A DNA stretch of 55,135 nt, from UHGV virus genome UHGV-0258472, one strand, 5' to 3'. The notes below the pieces were generated by a model. The model was not told the origin of the DNA. It worked only from the letters and a program-made list of their open reading frames with translations, and did not search any database. A program made the position numbers and the translations under genes. The DNA is from a virus. The number at the start of each line of letters is the position of its first letter. Within the stretch, counting starts at the first letter, position 1. Of this stretch, positions 25,067-34,963 are shown piece by piece.

Positions 25067-26223
25067 TAATCAGCCAGTTTATTCATCGCCTCTATTTGCT
25101 CCTTCACGTAATCATACTGATCATATATAGCCATCATTCCCGCCAGTTTATGACCTAAAACCTTTTCTGCTACGTGCGGCGCAATGCCAAGCGCTGAAAG
25201 GTTTGTCCTTACAGTGCGGCGCAAGTCGTGACACGACCACGGCTCGCCGCCCATCCTTAGCATCAAATCCCTTGCGGCTGTTTTCGGCACGCTCCTGTCT
25301 ACCGCTTCATCCCTTCCAGAAAGCACGGGAACGAAGATAAAATTAAAGCCGTGCAAATCCATAGCTTCACGCAATAAATCAACGCTAACGGCGGATAAAC
25401 CGCGTTTAAACTCGTTTCTGTTCTTACTCAATGCGCCCGGCACGGTCCACACACAGTTATCAAGATCGAAATGCTCGCGCCTTGCGTTTGTTAGTTCGCT
25501 TGTTCTGCATCCGGTGAATATAATCAGCTTCATCAATATCTGATTTAGCCGCGCCATTTTTGAACTGTCTATAATGCTGATTAGATGGTGAATCTCTTGT
25601 ATTGATAAGACGCGTTTCCTTTGTGCCGGGTTTTTGCCTACGTCTTTCACGCGTAGCAATGATATGTCGTCACGCTCCACGCGGCGGCGGCGCATGGCAT
25701 ATTTTATCACCGCCTTCATCCTGTTTAAGACTATCCCTGCCTGAACGGGCGCGCCACCATTAGCTACCTTTCTAAAAATACCCTCCCACATTATGGAGTC
25801 CATATCATCGACGATATAGCTACCGCATGGTCTGACAATGTGCTTACTTAGCATCGCCTCGACTTGCTTATAGTTGACCATGTTTCTTGCCTGCGGTGAT
25901 TCCATGTACTCCCTAACAATATCTTCAATCGTTGCCCGTGTCGTAACGCGGGAAAAGTTCATTCTTTTTACGATCGATGGATCTCGTCCTGAGTTTAAGA
26001 CTTCCTTATGCTCCGCCACCGCCGCGCGGGCTTCTTTGAGCGTTATTTCTCCGTAAGTGCCAATCTTCATCCGTCGCGGCTTGCCGTTGAATCGGTAGCG
26101 ATACTGGAAAGATATAACGCCGTGCGGGCTTATCCTGGCAGACAATCCGCCCGCGTCCGGGACTTCTTCCGGGCCGTCATATGGCTTGCCGTGGATGTTT
26201 CGTAATTTGGTATCTGTAAGCAT
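25024..26223 (-). CDS. int: tyrosine site-specific integrase
   Basis: C-terminal catalytic region with R ... HDLRRT ... Y; N-terminal arm-binding-like domain; start set at ATG 26223 (ORF-track 26292 is GTG). Confidence 0.8.
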   Translation of the reverse strand: MLTDTKLRNIHGKPYDGPEEVPDAGGLSARISPHGVISFQYRYRFNGKPRRMKIGTYGEITLKEARAAVAEHKEVLNSGRDPSIVKRMNFSRVTTRATIEDIVREYMESPQARNMVNYKQVEAMLSKHIVRPCGSYIVDDMDSIMWEGIFRKVANGGAPVQAGIVLNRMKAVIKYAMRRRRVERDDISLLRVKDVGKNPAQRKRVLSIQEIHHLISIIDSSKMARLNQILMKLIIFTGCRTSELTNARREHFDLDNCVWTVPGALSKNRNEFKRGLSAVSVDLLREAMDLHGFNFIFVPVLSGRDEAVDRSVPKTAARDLMLRMGGEPWSCHDLRRTVRTNLSALGIAPHVAEKVLGHKLAGMMAIYDQYDYVKEQIEAMNKLADYYMKPIDLQNEITS

Positions 26224-26227
26224 AAAT

Positions 26228-26479
26228 TTGGTCACTATTTGGTACACACATTTCACGCATGGATAGTAACACGATAGAAAACGATATGACACGATAGAAT
26301 AAATATTTCTTTTAAAATCAAGGTGAAACGGTGACGATGTGACACGATATGAAATGATAGAAATGGCGTTATCCGCTTATCTTTTGAATGGATAACTTAA
26401 TGAAAAATTCATTTGTATTCAATGTGTTATGTTTTGTTTTTGTTTTTTATTTATCATTTTGGTCACTATTTGGTACACA
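26228..26479. other. candidate attP region
   Basis: 21-bp direct repeat TTGGTCACTATTTGGTACACA at 26228-26248 and 26459-26479; ACACGATAGAA-like repeats between; inverted GTTATCC ... GGATAAC at 26368-26396; directly upstream of int. Confidence 0.4.
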
Positions 26480-26536
26480 AAAAGAAACGAGGCGTTAGCC
26501 TCGTTTCGCGCGGCGATGTTCTTCGCACATCACCTC

Positions 26537-29098
26537 TTATTCTTCGCTTCCGGTCAACTGCCTGACAAGCGCTTCAAGTTTAGTGATCCGCTCATCCATG
26601 AAGGCAATGTTAGCTCGTAAGCTGGCGTTTTCTTCCTCCAGTTCGGTGACGCGGTTATCTGTTTCGCGTGCAACCTGGACAAGTAAACCAGTCACAGCCG
26701 CGTAGTCAACATTGAGGTAACGCGTTTCTTCGCGTAGCTCGTTGCCGTCAGTGGTCGGGCCTTGTAACTCTTTACCGTAATGAGTAAACGATCCTACTGC
26801 TTCCGGTAGCGCCTCCATTACCTCCTGAGCGATAACGCCAGCGTAAGGCAGACCATTTTCCTTAAGCGTGTAGGTGTACCCGTTCATTTTACGGATAGCT
26901 TCAGTGGCATCACCTATAACCTGAATGTTGTCTTTCAAGTCGCGGTCAGATGATTGTATTACCGTTATGCAACTAACGGAACCTGGAATATTAAAATTAA
27001 CAGAATTGTCCGTGTTAAGCTGGCAATAAAAACCATATCCATTAGCAGCGCCGGTACTGGGGTCAGCAAATCCATACTCAAAAACCGATGGTCTTGAGTC
27101 CGATCCCCATAAATGTAAACGTGAGTTTACTTTTACGTTCTCTGATACACCAAGCGTCAATTTTCTTGTGAAATCATAAGAGTTAATGAACGATGAAACA
27201 AAATTCTGTGAGGCTGTCCATTTATTAGAATCGCTAAGCGTAGCCAGTTGGCGCCATCCTTTATCTACTCCGGCCTCAAAACTTCTGGCGAAGAATTTTG
27301 AATTTCGCCCGGCGAATTGGGTAGCGTAATTACCGCTAAATTGAGCATGGAATCCGCCAACAACCATTGTCCCATCGGGGCCGTTAATAGATCCAGCCAA
27401 CGGTTTAAACTTATTTACGTTATCTGAATGCTGACCATTCCAGTCGTTGCCAGTCTGTGTAAGTAGACCACCAGGAACGCTAAGAGTACCATCACCATTA
27501 AAATTAAAAAACATATGGTTTGATGCGGTCATGTCGCGAACAACAATTTGCGCGGCTTTTTCTGCTGCCCTGAACTCTGACTGATCAAGAGTCTGATTAG
27601 AAGCGGCATTGGTGCGCCTTGATATAAATGTCCTGTTGGTTACGTCCTCGCCATATGCAATAAATCCTTTAGTACAATTAATCGCACCTAAAACCGTGAA
27701 TGACGGCAGCGTAACGATAAACGGATCCGACGAATTCAATTTATTGGTGAGCGCAAAATTTGGTGAATATCCTTGTCTGAATATAGCGTTACTATAAAAA
27801 CCTGAACCGCCACCAGTAAAATCAAGAACGTTAAGAACGTTGTTTTCTGCGTTACCCTCTTCTGATGTGGATACGCCAAATTTGAATTTTACCCCGTTTG
27901 TTCCCAAAGAATAATCACCAGTCGGCACTACTACTTTTGCTTTATATCCCACCTGGATTTTAATTGGAAATGCTTTATTGCTTACATAAAAAGCTACATG
28001 TTGAGCGTAGTCTTTAGCTGATGCCTTAACGCAAAGTATAGCAACCTCGGTTGGCTCATATGCAGCATAGTACCCATACGCTATATTTTTGATGTCTGAC
28101 CAGCCACCGCATCTTACATATCCTGAAAACGTGTTGCTGTTCATTTCTGAAGCGGCACTACCGCCAACAGTTACAATTTCAACCGGACACGGAAAACTCC
28201 CTGCCCCGTTTGTTTCACCAGTGAACACGATTATAGGATAGTATTTCCCATCTTCCATGCCAGATGGTGCGCTTATGGTTATCGTTTTTGATAAACCACC
28301 TTCAGGGATCTGAAGATTTGTTTTTGCATCATCAAGCGACGTTGCACCAGTGCCGCCAGTAAGAATTGGAAGCGGTAGCCATTTACTAGCCTCTGAGTCG
28401 TAATAACCCCACGATCCTGAATCATAGACGGTAAGGAATTTATTTGCGTTTTGAGCGCATACGCGAGTTTCTCCTGTTCTTTGAACAAGCCTGTCTACTT
28501 CATTTTTTCTTGCGTGACGTGTCCAGTTAGCGCCTGATGTAGAAACCCATGTATACGTATAAAGTGATCGCGTAGCCCAACCAACAAATACGCCTGTATA
28601 TGAAGGCGTGCCGTCTCGTTGACAGATGAATCCACTTAAAAAGGATTCTCCAGCCGCTACAGCAGGAAAACCAGTGGCTGTTTCCTTTATGCGCAAAAAG
28701 CCAACGTAAGAAGACGGATCGCCTGATATATCAATGCAATCTCGCGGCGCTGGGCCTAAACCAATATTACTACCGTCTATTGCACTGGATATTTCGTCCT
28801 CTTTTTCCTGATAAAAACGAAGTGTTTCAGCTACGTCCTGAGCAAGACCATCAACTGAGATCGAGTCAGAAAGCAGAATACTGAATTTTGTCCCGGCAGC
28901 GATGGCAGGATTAGCCGCTGGCGTCACTGATAATTCAGTACCGCTCTTAATTTCTGTGATGGTAAAGATCTGGATAGGATTGCTAATGGCAATTAGCGTG
29001 CACCCTACACGGATGAGAGAAAGCGGTGCGGAAAAGTTTGTTCCCGTACCTGTAACAGTATTGCCGCTAATGGCAATTGTTCCCGTTGTATAAATCAT
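26537..29098 (-). CDS. side tail fiber / tailspike with C-terminal S74-type intramolecular chaperone domain
   Basis: 853 aa; C-terminal SDRDLKDNI ... NGYTYTLKENG ... GVIAQEV motif typical of self-cleaving chaperone domains; ATG 29098 with SD. Confidence 0.65.
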   Translation of the reverse strand: MIYTTGTIAISGNTVTGTGTNFSAPLSLIRVGCTLIAISNPIQIFTITEIKSGTELSVTPAANPAIAAGTKFSILLSDSISVDGLAQDVAETLRFYQEKEDEISSAIDGSNIGLGPAPRDCIDISGDPSSYVGFLRIKETATGFPAVAAGESFLSGFICQRDGTPSYTGVFVGWATRSLYTYTWVSTSGANWTRHARKNEVDRLVQRTGETRVCAQNANKFLTVYDSGSWGYYDSEASKWLPLPILTGGTGATSLDDAKTNLQIPEGGLSKTITISAPSGMEDGKYYPIIVFTGETNGAGSFPCPVEIVTVGGSAASEMNSNTFSGYVRCGGWSDIKNIAYGYYAAYEPTEVAILCVKASAKDYAQHVAFYVSNKAFPIKIQVGYKAKVVVPTGDYSLGTNGVKFKFGVSTSEEGNAENNVLNVLDFTGGGSGFYSNAIFRQGYSPNFALTNKLNSSDPFIVTLPSFTVLGAINCTKGFIAYGEDVTNRTFISRRTNAASNQTLDQSEFRAAEKAAQIVVRDMTASNHMFFNFNGDGTLSVPGGLLTQTGNDWNGQHSDNVNKFKPLAGSINGPDGTMVVGGFHAQFSGNYATQFAGRNSKFFARSFEAGVDKGWRQLATLSDSNKWTASQNFVSSFINSYDFTRKLTLGVSENVKVNSRLHLWGSDSRPSVFEYGFADPSTGAANGYGFYCQLNTDNSVNFNIPGSVSCITVIQSSDRDLKDNIQVIGDATEAIRKMNGYTYTLKENGLPYAGVIAQEVMEALPEAVGSFTHYGKELQGPTTDGNELREETRYLNVDYAAVTGLLVQVARETDNRVTELEEENASLRANIAFMDERITKLEALVRQLTGSEE

Positions 29099-29275
29099 CG
29101 CAATGACTCCATTATGTTAATTAACGGAATAATTCTACCATTTTGTGATCTATGTTACATTTTTGACTTATACAAAATGTATTTATTGATTTATATCAAT
29201 ATACGAAATGTGGTTTTGTCGGATATTTAAGCCACCGGATGAACCGGATGAGCTAACAAGAACGAGGATTAAAAA

Positions 29276-29524
29276 ATGAAAAACATGTTCAAAGTGGTTT
29301 TATTCGCTGCGGCTGTTGCTCTTACTGGTTGCGCTGTTGACAAAGAAGCTGCATTGCATAACCTGCCAAATAGCGGAGTGATTCCACAAGAAATCGTCTA
29401 TGATGCTAATGGTCATCTTGTATATGACACTGAAAAACTGCCATATACTGGTCAATGGTGTCATGAACTCGATCACAACATGCGCCGCATCGGTAGCCCG
29501 TCGAATTGTGTAGCTAACTACTAA
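29276..29524 (+). CDS. lipoprotein moron (signal peptide plus lipobox LTGC); candidate superinfection-exclusion lipoprotein
   Basis: MKNMFKVVLFAAAVALTGC signal/lipobox; antisense to flanking tail genes; own terminator; ATG 29276 with SD gagga. Confidence 0.6.
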   Translation: MKNMFKVVLFAAAVALTGCAVDKEAALHNLPNSGVIPQEIVYDANGHLVYDTEKLPYTGQWCHELDHNMRRIGSPSNCVANY

Positions 29525-29531
29525 AAGAAAA

Positions 29532-29548
29532 CCCCGCGCGAAGCGGGG
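29532..29548 (+). terminator. rho-independent terminator after lipoprotein gene
   Basis: ccccgcgcgaagcgggg hairpin followed by ttgttttttat. Confidence 0.55.
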
Positions 29549-29555
29549 TTGTTTT

Positions 29556-32500
29556 TTATCCTGAGAATGAACCAGAACCGCGCGACACAATGACGGTCGG
29601 TGAATTTATATATGCCCCCCTACTATTTTGAGCGGATACCCTAATTTTAACTGTAACGCTCTTGCTTGTTACTGCTGATGAATGCATAACAAGGCGCTCG
29701 TCGCCAGCCATCGACAGGCTTTTCTCTGAACTGCCGATGATTATCGTACAGCCACCAAAACCTTTAACGTTTGCCATAACGCAAATGTGTCTGCTGTGCG
29801 CTGCATTGGATGTGTCATTGTATGTAATTGTTTTTTCCAGTACGCCATCGGCTAACCTGCTGACGTCAGCTCCCGTATACATGTTCGCAACGTCACCTAT
29901 AAAGGTTTTAGCCTCAAGCTCGCCAGAGAATTTGCCTTTGTTGGCATGGATTTCCCCCCTTACAACAACGTTGTTAAATTCAGATGCGCCGTCTTTTGTT
30001 ATCCTCCAACCATTCGAACCAGCGACATAGTTTGATGATTTTATTTCATTAACAATTTTAGCCATAGTAATGGCTGCATCCGCAATTTTAGCTGTCCCTA
30101 TTGATGCGTTTTTAATAAATGCTTCTTTCACATACATTGCACCATTAGACACATAGAAAGGCGTTGTATATGTGCCGTTTGCTGCGGTCATTAATACGAA
30201 GCGATCAACAAGGAAAATACACTGCGATTGAACGTTAGTGCCGCTGCCAGTCAACCCAAGCGACATACCTGTCGCGTATTTCATGCCGTTGTTGTCGGTG
30301 GCAATCTTGATTGACCATGACGCATCAACATTACCTTTGAAGTCGGTTAACGCTTTCGATGTTGTCTCGATCGCCGTTGTGTTCCCGTTAACGGTAACTG
30401 TCAACTGATCAATTTTGGTTGATAATGCCTCGTCCGCCGTTGTCATGGTCTGCGACCATTCTGTGATGCTTGAGTTTACCGCTTCGAAAGATGCTGAGAT
30501 CTGGCTGAATTTTTCCGCGCTTGATGCTTCATGCGTAGAAAGTGCTGTGGACACTTCAGATACTTTAGAATTAATCGTACTGGTAAGCGATGAGTTAAGG
30601 CTGCTTATAGCGTCAGTGCGGGCCTGCGTCTCATCTGCAATAGCTTTGTCGATACGGGTCACATTGCTTGTAACCTTGTTATCAAGAGTACTAATGCTGG
30701 CGTTCACTCCGCTAATCGCTTGAGCGCTGGCGTTCGCCTCGTCAGCAATTGCCTGATCAAGACGGTTAACGCTGGCTTCAGTGTCGTTTTCTAGCGTCTT
30801 TATGCTTGCATTAACACTACTTATAGCTTCAGATCTTGCTTGCGTTTCAGTTGCGATCACTTTATCTAACCGTGATATTTCTCCTTTAATGTTTGAGTCC
30901 ATCGTGTTCATTTCTGCCGTGATGGTTTCAAGCGCTTCCGCTGTTGCCTGTTTTTCGTCAGTAATGACATTATCAATACGGTCAATTTGTGCTTTAGTTT
31001 CACTTTGTCCGCGTTTGAACTCCGCTGTGAGAGTGCGCCTTGTCTTTGTCTGAGACAATGTATTATTGATGAGAGCAAGCGAAGCGTTTTGTAGGCTTGC
31101 CCTTGCCATAGCGAGATCACCATCAAGTTTTTCGCTTTTTGCTATTAACTGATCATCGGCTTCTGCTCTTGCGCTTGATTCGTCAGCTATTGCCTGATCA
31201 AGTCTAGAAACGTTGCTTGTAACCTTGTTATCAAGATTTGTCATGCTCGCATTGACATTGCTGATAGCCTGTGCGCGTGCGCTGGCCTCATCTGCGATAG
31301 CTTGATCAAGACGATTAACACTGGCATCTGTTTTACTATCAAGTGCGTCAATATTTGCGCTAACTTCACTGATGGCGTCAGCCCTTGCCTGGCTCTCATT
31401 GGCAATGGCAGTATCTACGCGCGCAATCTCACCTTTGATGTTTTTATCCATCGTGTCGATTTCGGCGGTAATTGTCTCCATTGCCTCCGCTCTTGCTTCT
31501 TTTTCACTGACAATCACGTTATCAATGCGATCTATTTGCGCCTTAGTTTCATAATCCACGTTTTTGATCTGAGCTGTCAGCGTTCTTCTGGTATTAGTTT
31601 GAGCAAGCGAATTATTAATAAGAGCAAGCGATGCGTTTTGTAGGCTTGCTTTTGTCTGTGCCAGTTCATTACCGACATTTTCGTTTGATACCTCTAACGA
31701 GTCGATTCTTACCTCATGTTTACCTATTTCATCGGAGTTTTCTTCGACTTTCTTGTAAAGGTCTTCAGTGTCTTTTTTAAGGGCGCTTGTATCAGCTTTA
31801 ATTGATTCTGTTTCTGTAATTAAATTATCAGTATCAGTTCTTAAGCCTTCAGTTATTCCGCTTAGGGTATCAGTAGCTGTTTTAAGGTCTTGAGTTGCGC
31901 TTTCGATAACGCCAGTGCGATCGCCAAGATCCTTAATATCACTTACCATTTCCTTAAATTGTTCTGAATTCATAACGTCTTTGGTGACGTAATCGCTAAT
32001 TTCATCAAAATTTTCTGTCGGCTTACCTGATGCTTCAACGAAGTCTGACACGCCAAAAGCATTACGTGTACGCACATAAACGTAATAAGTATGGCCCGTG
32101 TTCATTCCGCCGAACGTCCACTGATACCCGCGCCCGGTAAACTGTGCCGCCGTGGTTATTTTTGCCGGATCTGTGATCTGGTTTTCCCCTGCATAGTAGA
32201 ATTCATACGCTGTATCAGTGGTTAGCGTTGTCTTACTTATCGGGTACACGGTAGCCTGAAATACACCTGGCACCCAGTTAACACCTATTGGCGCGGCTGG
32301 TGCACCGATAACAAGATCGACTATGCTTTCAGCGCCTTTCATGCCAGTGTCATTTCTTCCGCGAACTCCTAACGAATATGAACCAGCATCAATACCATAA
32401 AAATCATAACTATATTTCGTAGTTTCATAGCTTTTAACCACCGCACCATCTGCATTATATATGCGGATCTCAAAGGTCATTCGATGCGTTGTTGTCTGTG

Positions 32501-34418
32501 TTTCCCATGTGGCGCGGCATTGAATTGTTTCAGATCCAATGTTTACCACCTTCAGATTTTCAATGTTCGGCACGCGGAAATGGTTAAGCGTGTCATTGTT
32601 GACTTCAAATATTGCGCCTTCATCGACTATCGCTTGTTTGTTAGGGTCGTGCTGTGCGGCCTCGATGGTGTATACGCTGTTATTTTCGGTTTCGGCTACG
32701 CTGGTGATCCTACACAAAACAGGTTTTGCCGCTTCAGTGGATACAGCGAAAACAGTCCCGTTACGTATCCATGCCGGGGCCGCCGCTAAGGTGATCTCAT
32801 TTCCATTTACCCAGGTGATCTGGTGTTTCTTAAATTTGCCATCACTATCAAGCAAACTAATGGTATCGCCTGCGGTGATGTATTCCGAATCAACCTTATC
32901 GACCGTTATCACCTTGCCATTGTTCGCCACGATACGACCGCCTAAACGAGCGCCTGCGCGGTTATTGTCGAGGATCTCGATAATATCCCCTGGCGTAAAG
33001 TGAATCGCGTCGCGTGCCATTTTGAACGTGAATTTTGACGGCTCGCGTTTTGCTGTTTCTATCAGCCATTTACCCGCGCGGTACGCTTGCCCGCGTGACG
33101 TGCACCCGAACGCCTCTAACGTGGTTTCGTTGTAACCATCACGGGCGATCAGTTCATCATCTGCTACATACTCTTTTGATTGCTCCCAGCCGTTTTCCGG
33201 GTCAGTCCATGATACGATCACGGCGTTGTAGCATTCTGCGCGGGCGATACTTGAACGAGTAAACGCGCCATCAACGACATTTGCATTTGTAATGGTGGCG
33301 ATCGGGTCTTGTGGTGCATCAATCATCACGGTAAGGCGTTGCCCGTCCCATAACGCGATACCCCTGAACATCCCGGCGATATTGTCCAGTAAGTCGCGTG
33401 CGCTCATTTGCTCTGTGATGTAAGCGTTAAGCGTCATGCGAGGCTCAAGGCCACCGTAGCCATCATCAACCAACTGGTCGCAGTATTGAGAAAGCGTATA
33501 CAGTGCGCCGTCATCAACGTCAATATAGCCAGCATGACGCGCAAGGCCGAAACGCTCGTTTTTAACCAGGTAACGGAAGATCCACGCAGGGTTATTAGTG
33601 TAAGCCTGTTTCAAGCCGCCAAGCCATAAACCGGAATAAGTGCGCGTTTCCGGGTCGTAGTTATCAGGCACGTCGACAATAAGACCACGCAGGTGATAAG
33701 TGCGTGTAGGCGTGTCGGTGTACTGGTCGTGGTCAATTACCGCGCCTGCTACAGCGGTGTGAGGATAAGATAAATTATCGTCGATTATTTCGCTGTAGCT
33801 ACTCCATCGCGTATCATTTCGCAATAGATCGCTTGCGCTATCAGCAGTTACGCGGCGAACGCGAATATCAAACGGTTTTTCATCCGGCGCGTTGATAATA
33901 TGCGCTTCAAGATATTCTCCGCTGATCTTACCTGGGCCTATAGTGACGTCTTTAACAAGCGCCCACGTAGAAGAAGACGAAGGCTTCACGTCAATCATCA
34001 TCATAACAGATGTATTATGTTGATTGCTTTGCTCGTCAGATTGTACAAGTGAATCGACGCCGATATTCAGGCGCACGCGCGTAACGTTAGGATCTGATAC
34101 AGTCCTGATTATTGGGGTATCGTGTTTCACCTGAGCGTTAACAATAACGGTTGATTCGATGGCGCTAAAACCGTTAATAGGTGATTGATCTAGCGTACCA
34201 TTGCGCCACGCCACGCTAACGCCAGGGATACTGGTATTGCCGTTCGCGTCAGTTACAGGGGTGTCATTAAGCATAATGCTGTTTAATGGCGCTTTCGTAT
34301 TCACAGGTCCATAAATCGGACCTTCTGAAATAATATCCAGTACACGATAAAACTGTTTATGATACAGGTTATCATTTATCAATGTTGGTGTTTTTGCTTT
34401 GCCGCCGCCGCTACTCAT
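29556..34418 (-). CDS. host-specificity / central tail fiber protein (lambda J-like) with extended repetitive coiled-coil C-terminal region
   Basis: 1620 aa; N-terminal region J-like; follows I/K/L homologs; ATG 34418 with SD aggag. Confidence 0.8.
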   Translation of the reverse strand: MSSGGGKAKTPTLINDNLYHKQFYRVLDIISEGPIYGPVNTKAPLNSIMLNDTPVTDANGNTSIPGVSVAWRNGTLDQSPINGFSAIESTVIVNAQVKHDTPIIRTVSDPNVTRVRLNIGVDSLVQSDEQSNQHNTSVMMMIDVKPSSSSTWALVKDVTIGPGKISGEYLEAHIINAPDEKPFDIRVRRVTADSASDLLRNDTRWSSYSEIIDDNLSYPHTAVAGAVIDHDQYTDTPTRTYHLRGLIVDVPDNYDPETRTYSGLWLGGLKQAYTNNPAWIFRYLVKNERFGLARHAGYIDVDDGALYTLSQYCDQLVDDGYGGLEPRMTLNAYITEQMSARDLLDNIAGMFRGIALWDGQRLTVMIDAPQDPIATITNANVVDGAFTRSSIARAECYNAVIVSWTDPENGWEQSKEYVADDELIARDGYNETTLEAFGCTSRGQAYRAGKWLIETAKREPSKFTFKMARDAIHFTPGDIIEILDNNRAGARLGGRIVANNGKVITVDKVDSEYITAGDTISLLDSDGKFKKHQITWVNGNEITLAAAPAWIRNGTVFAVSTEAAKPVLCRITSVAETENNSVYTIEAAQHDPNKQAIVDEGAIFEVNNDTLNHFRVPNIENLKVVNIGSETIQCRATWETQTTTHRMTFEIRIYNADGAVVKSYETTKYSYDFYGIDAGSYSLGVRGRNDTGMKGAESIVDLVIGAPAAPIGVNWVPGVFQATVYPISKTTLTTDTAYEFYYAGENQITDPAKITTAAQFTGRGYQWTFGGMNTGHTYYVYVRTRNAFGVSDFVEASGKPTENFDEISDYVTKDVMNSEQFKEMVSDIKDLGDRTGVIESATQDLKTATDTLSGITEGLRTDTDNLITETESIKADTSALKKDTEDLYKKVEENSDEIGKHEVRIDSLEVSNENVGNELAQTKASLQNASLALINNSLAQTNTRRTLTAQIKNVDYETKAQIDRIDNVIVSEKEARAEAMETITAEIDTMDKNIKGEIARVDTAIANESQARADAISEVSANIDALDSKTDASVNRLDQAIADEASARAQAISNVNASMTNLDNKVTSNVSRLDQAIADESSARAEADDQLIAKSEKLDGDLAMARASLQNASLALINNTLSQTKTRRTLTAEFKRGQSETKAQIDRIDNVITDEKQATAEALETITAEMNTMDSNIKGEISRLDKVIATETQARSEAISSVNASIKTLENDTEASVNRLDQAIADEANASAQAISGVNASISTLDNKVTSNVTRIDKAIADETQARTDAISSLNSSLTSTINSKVSEVSTALSTHEASSAEKFSQISASFEAVNSSITEWSQTMTTADEALSTKIDQLTVTVNGNTTAIETTSKALTDFKGNVDASWSIKIATDNNGMKYATGMSLGLTGSGTNVQSQCIFLVDRFVLMTAANGTYTTPFYVSNGAMYVKEAFIKNASIGTAKIADAAITMAKIVNEIKSSNYVAGSNGWRITKDGASEFNNVVVRGEIHANKGKFSGELEAKTFIGDVANMYTGADVSRLADGVLEKTITYNDTSNAAHSRHICVMANVKGFGGCTIIIGSSEKSLSMAGDERLVMHSSAVTSKSVTVKIRVSAQNSRGAYINSPTVIVSRGSGSFSG

Positions 34419-34432
34419 GGCTTTTTCTCCTG

Positions 34433-34963
34433 TTAACTTACAACGTCTAAGGCGTCTTTATTGTTTGTTGTGTCTATGCCTAACGATCCGACGTTTGAAC
34501 CCACTTTCATTTCGCCCAATAAAATTGGCACTGGTCTACCCTGGCCCACCCTGTTTTCTATGCTGGTGTAACTGTTGTTTGTTATGGTGTTATCCTGTGC
34601 GCTTTCTGATGATGTTTTCACCTTCATGTTGCGAGACATGAAAATAGAAAATGCGACACTAACAACTGATATTCCGATCATAATCCAACCGATCACACCG
34701 ATCCCTGCAATACCACCTTCCACTATTGGCGCAATAATTACCGTAGTCCCATCTGGATATTTGCTATTAACCGCAGCGGGCGCGGTCTTTTCGTCGTAAT
34801 CTTTCCCGGCAATTCGTAAACGCAAAGGTGTATTTAAAAACGCCTTCTTGAATTCCTGATTCTGCGCGGTCAACAAGCGAAGTCCTTGTGCTGGCGTTTC
34901 AACGTTTAAATACACTTTGCTGTAATATCTTCGAAGATTGCCCGTAAATCTAAATTTGAGCAT
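34433..34963 (-). CDS. tail assembly protein (lambda I-like)
   Basis: Position between K-like and J-like genes; hydrophobic central segment and C-terminal region typical of gpI. Confidence 0.65.
   Translation of the reverse strand: MLKFRFTGNLRRYYSKVYLNVETPAQGLRLLTAQNQEFKKAFLNTPLRLRIAGKDYDEKTAPAAVNSKYPDGTTVIIAPIVEGGIAGIGVIGWIMIGISVVSVAFSIFMSRNMKVKTSSESAQDNTITNNSYTSIENRVGQGRPVPILLGEMKVGSNVGSLGIDTTNNKDALDVVS

Noticed and set aside
29662-33629. Plus-strand ORFs inside the J-like gene (29662..30030, 30415..31053, 31302..31643, 32484..33003, 33035..33629)
   Set aside because: Antisense to a long, well-supported structural gene; no independent start signals.
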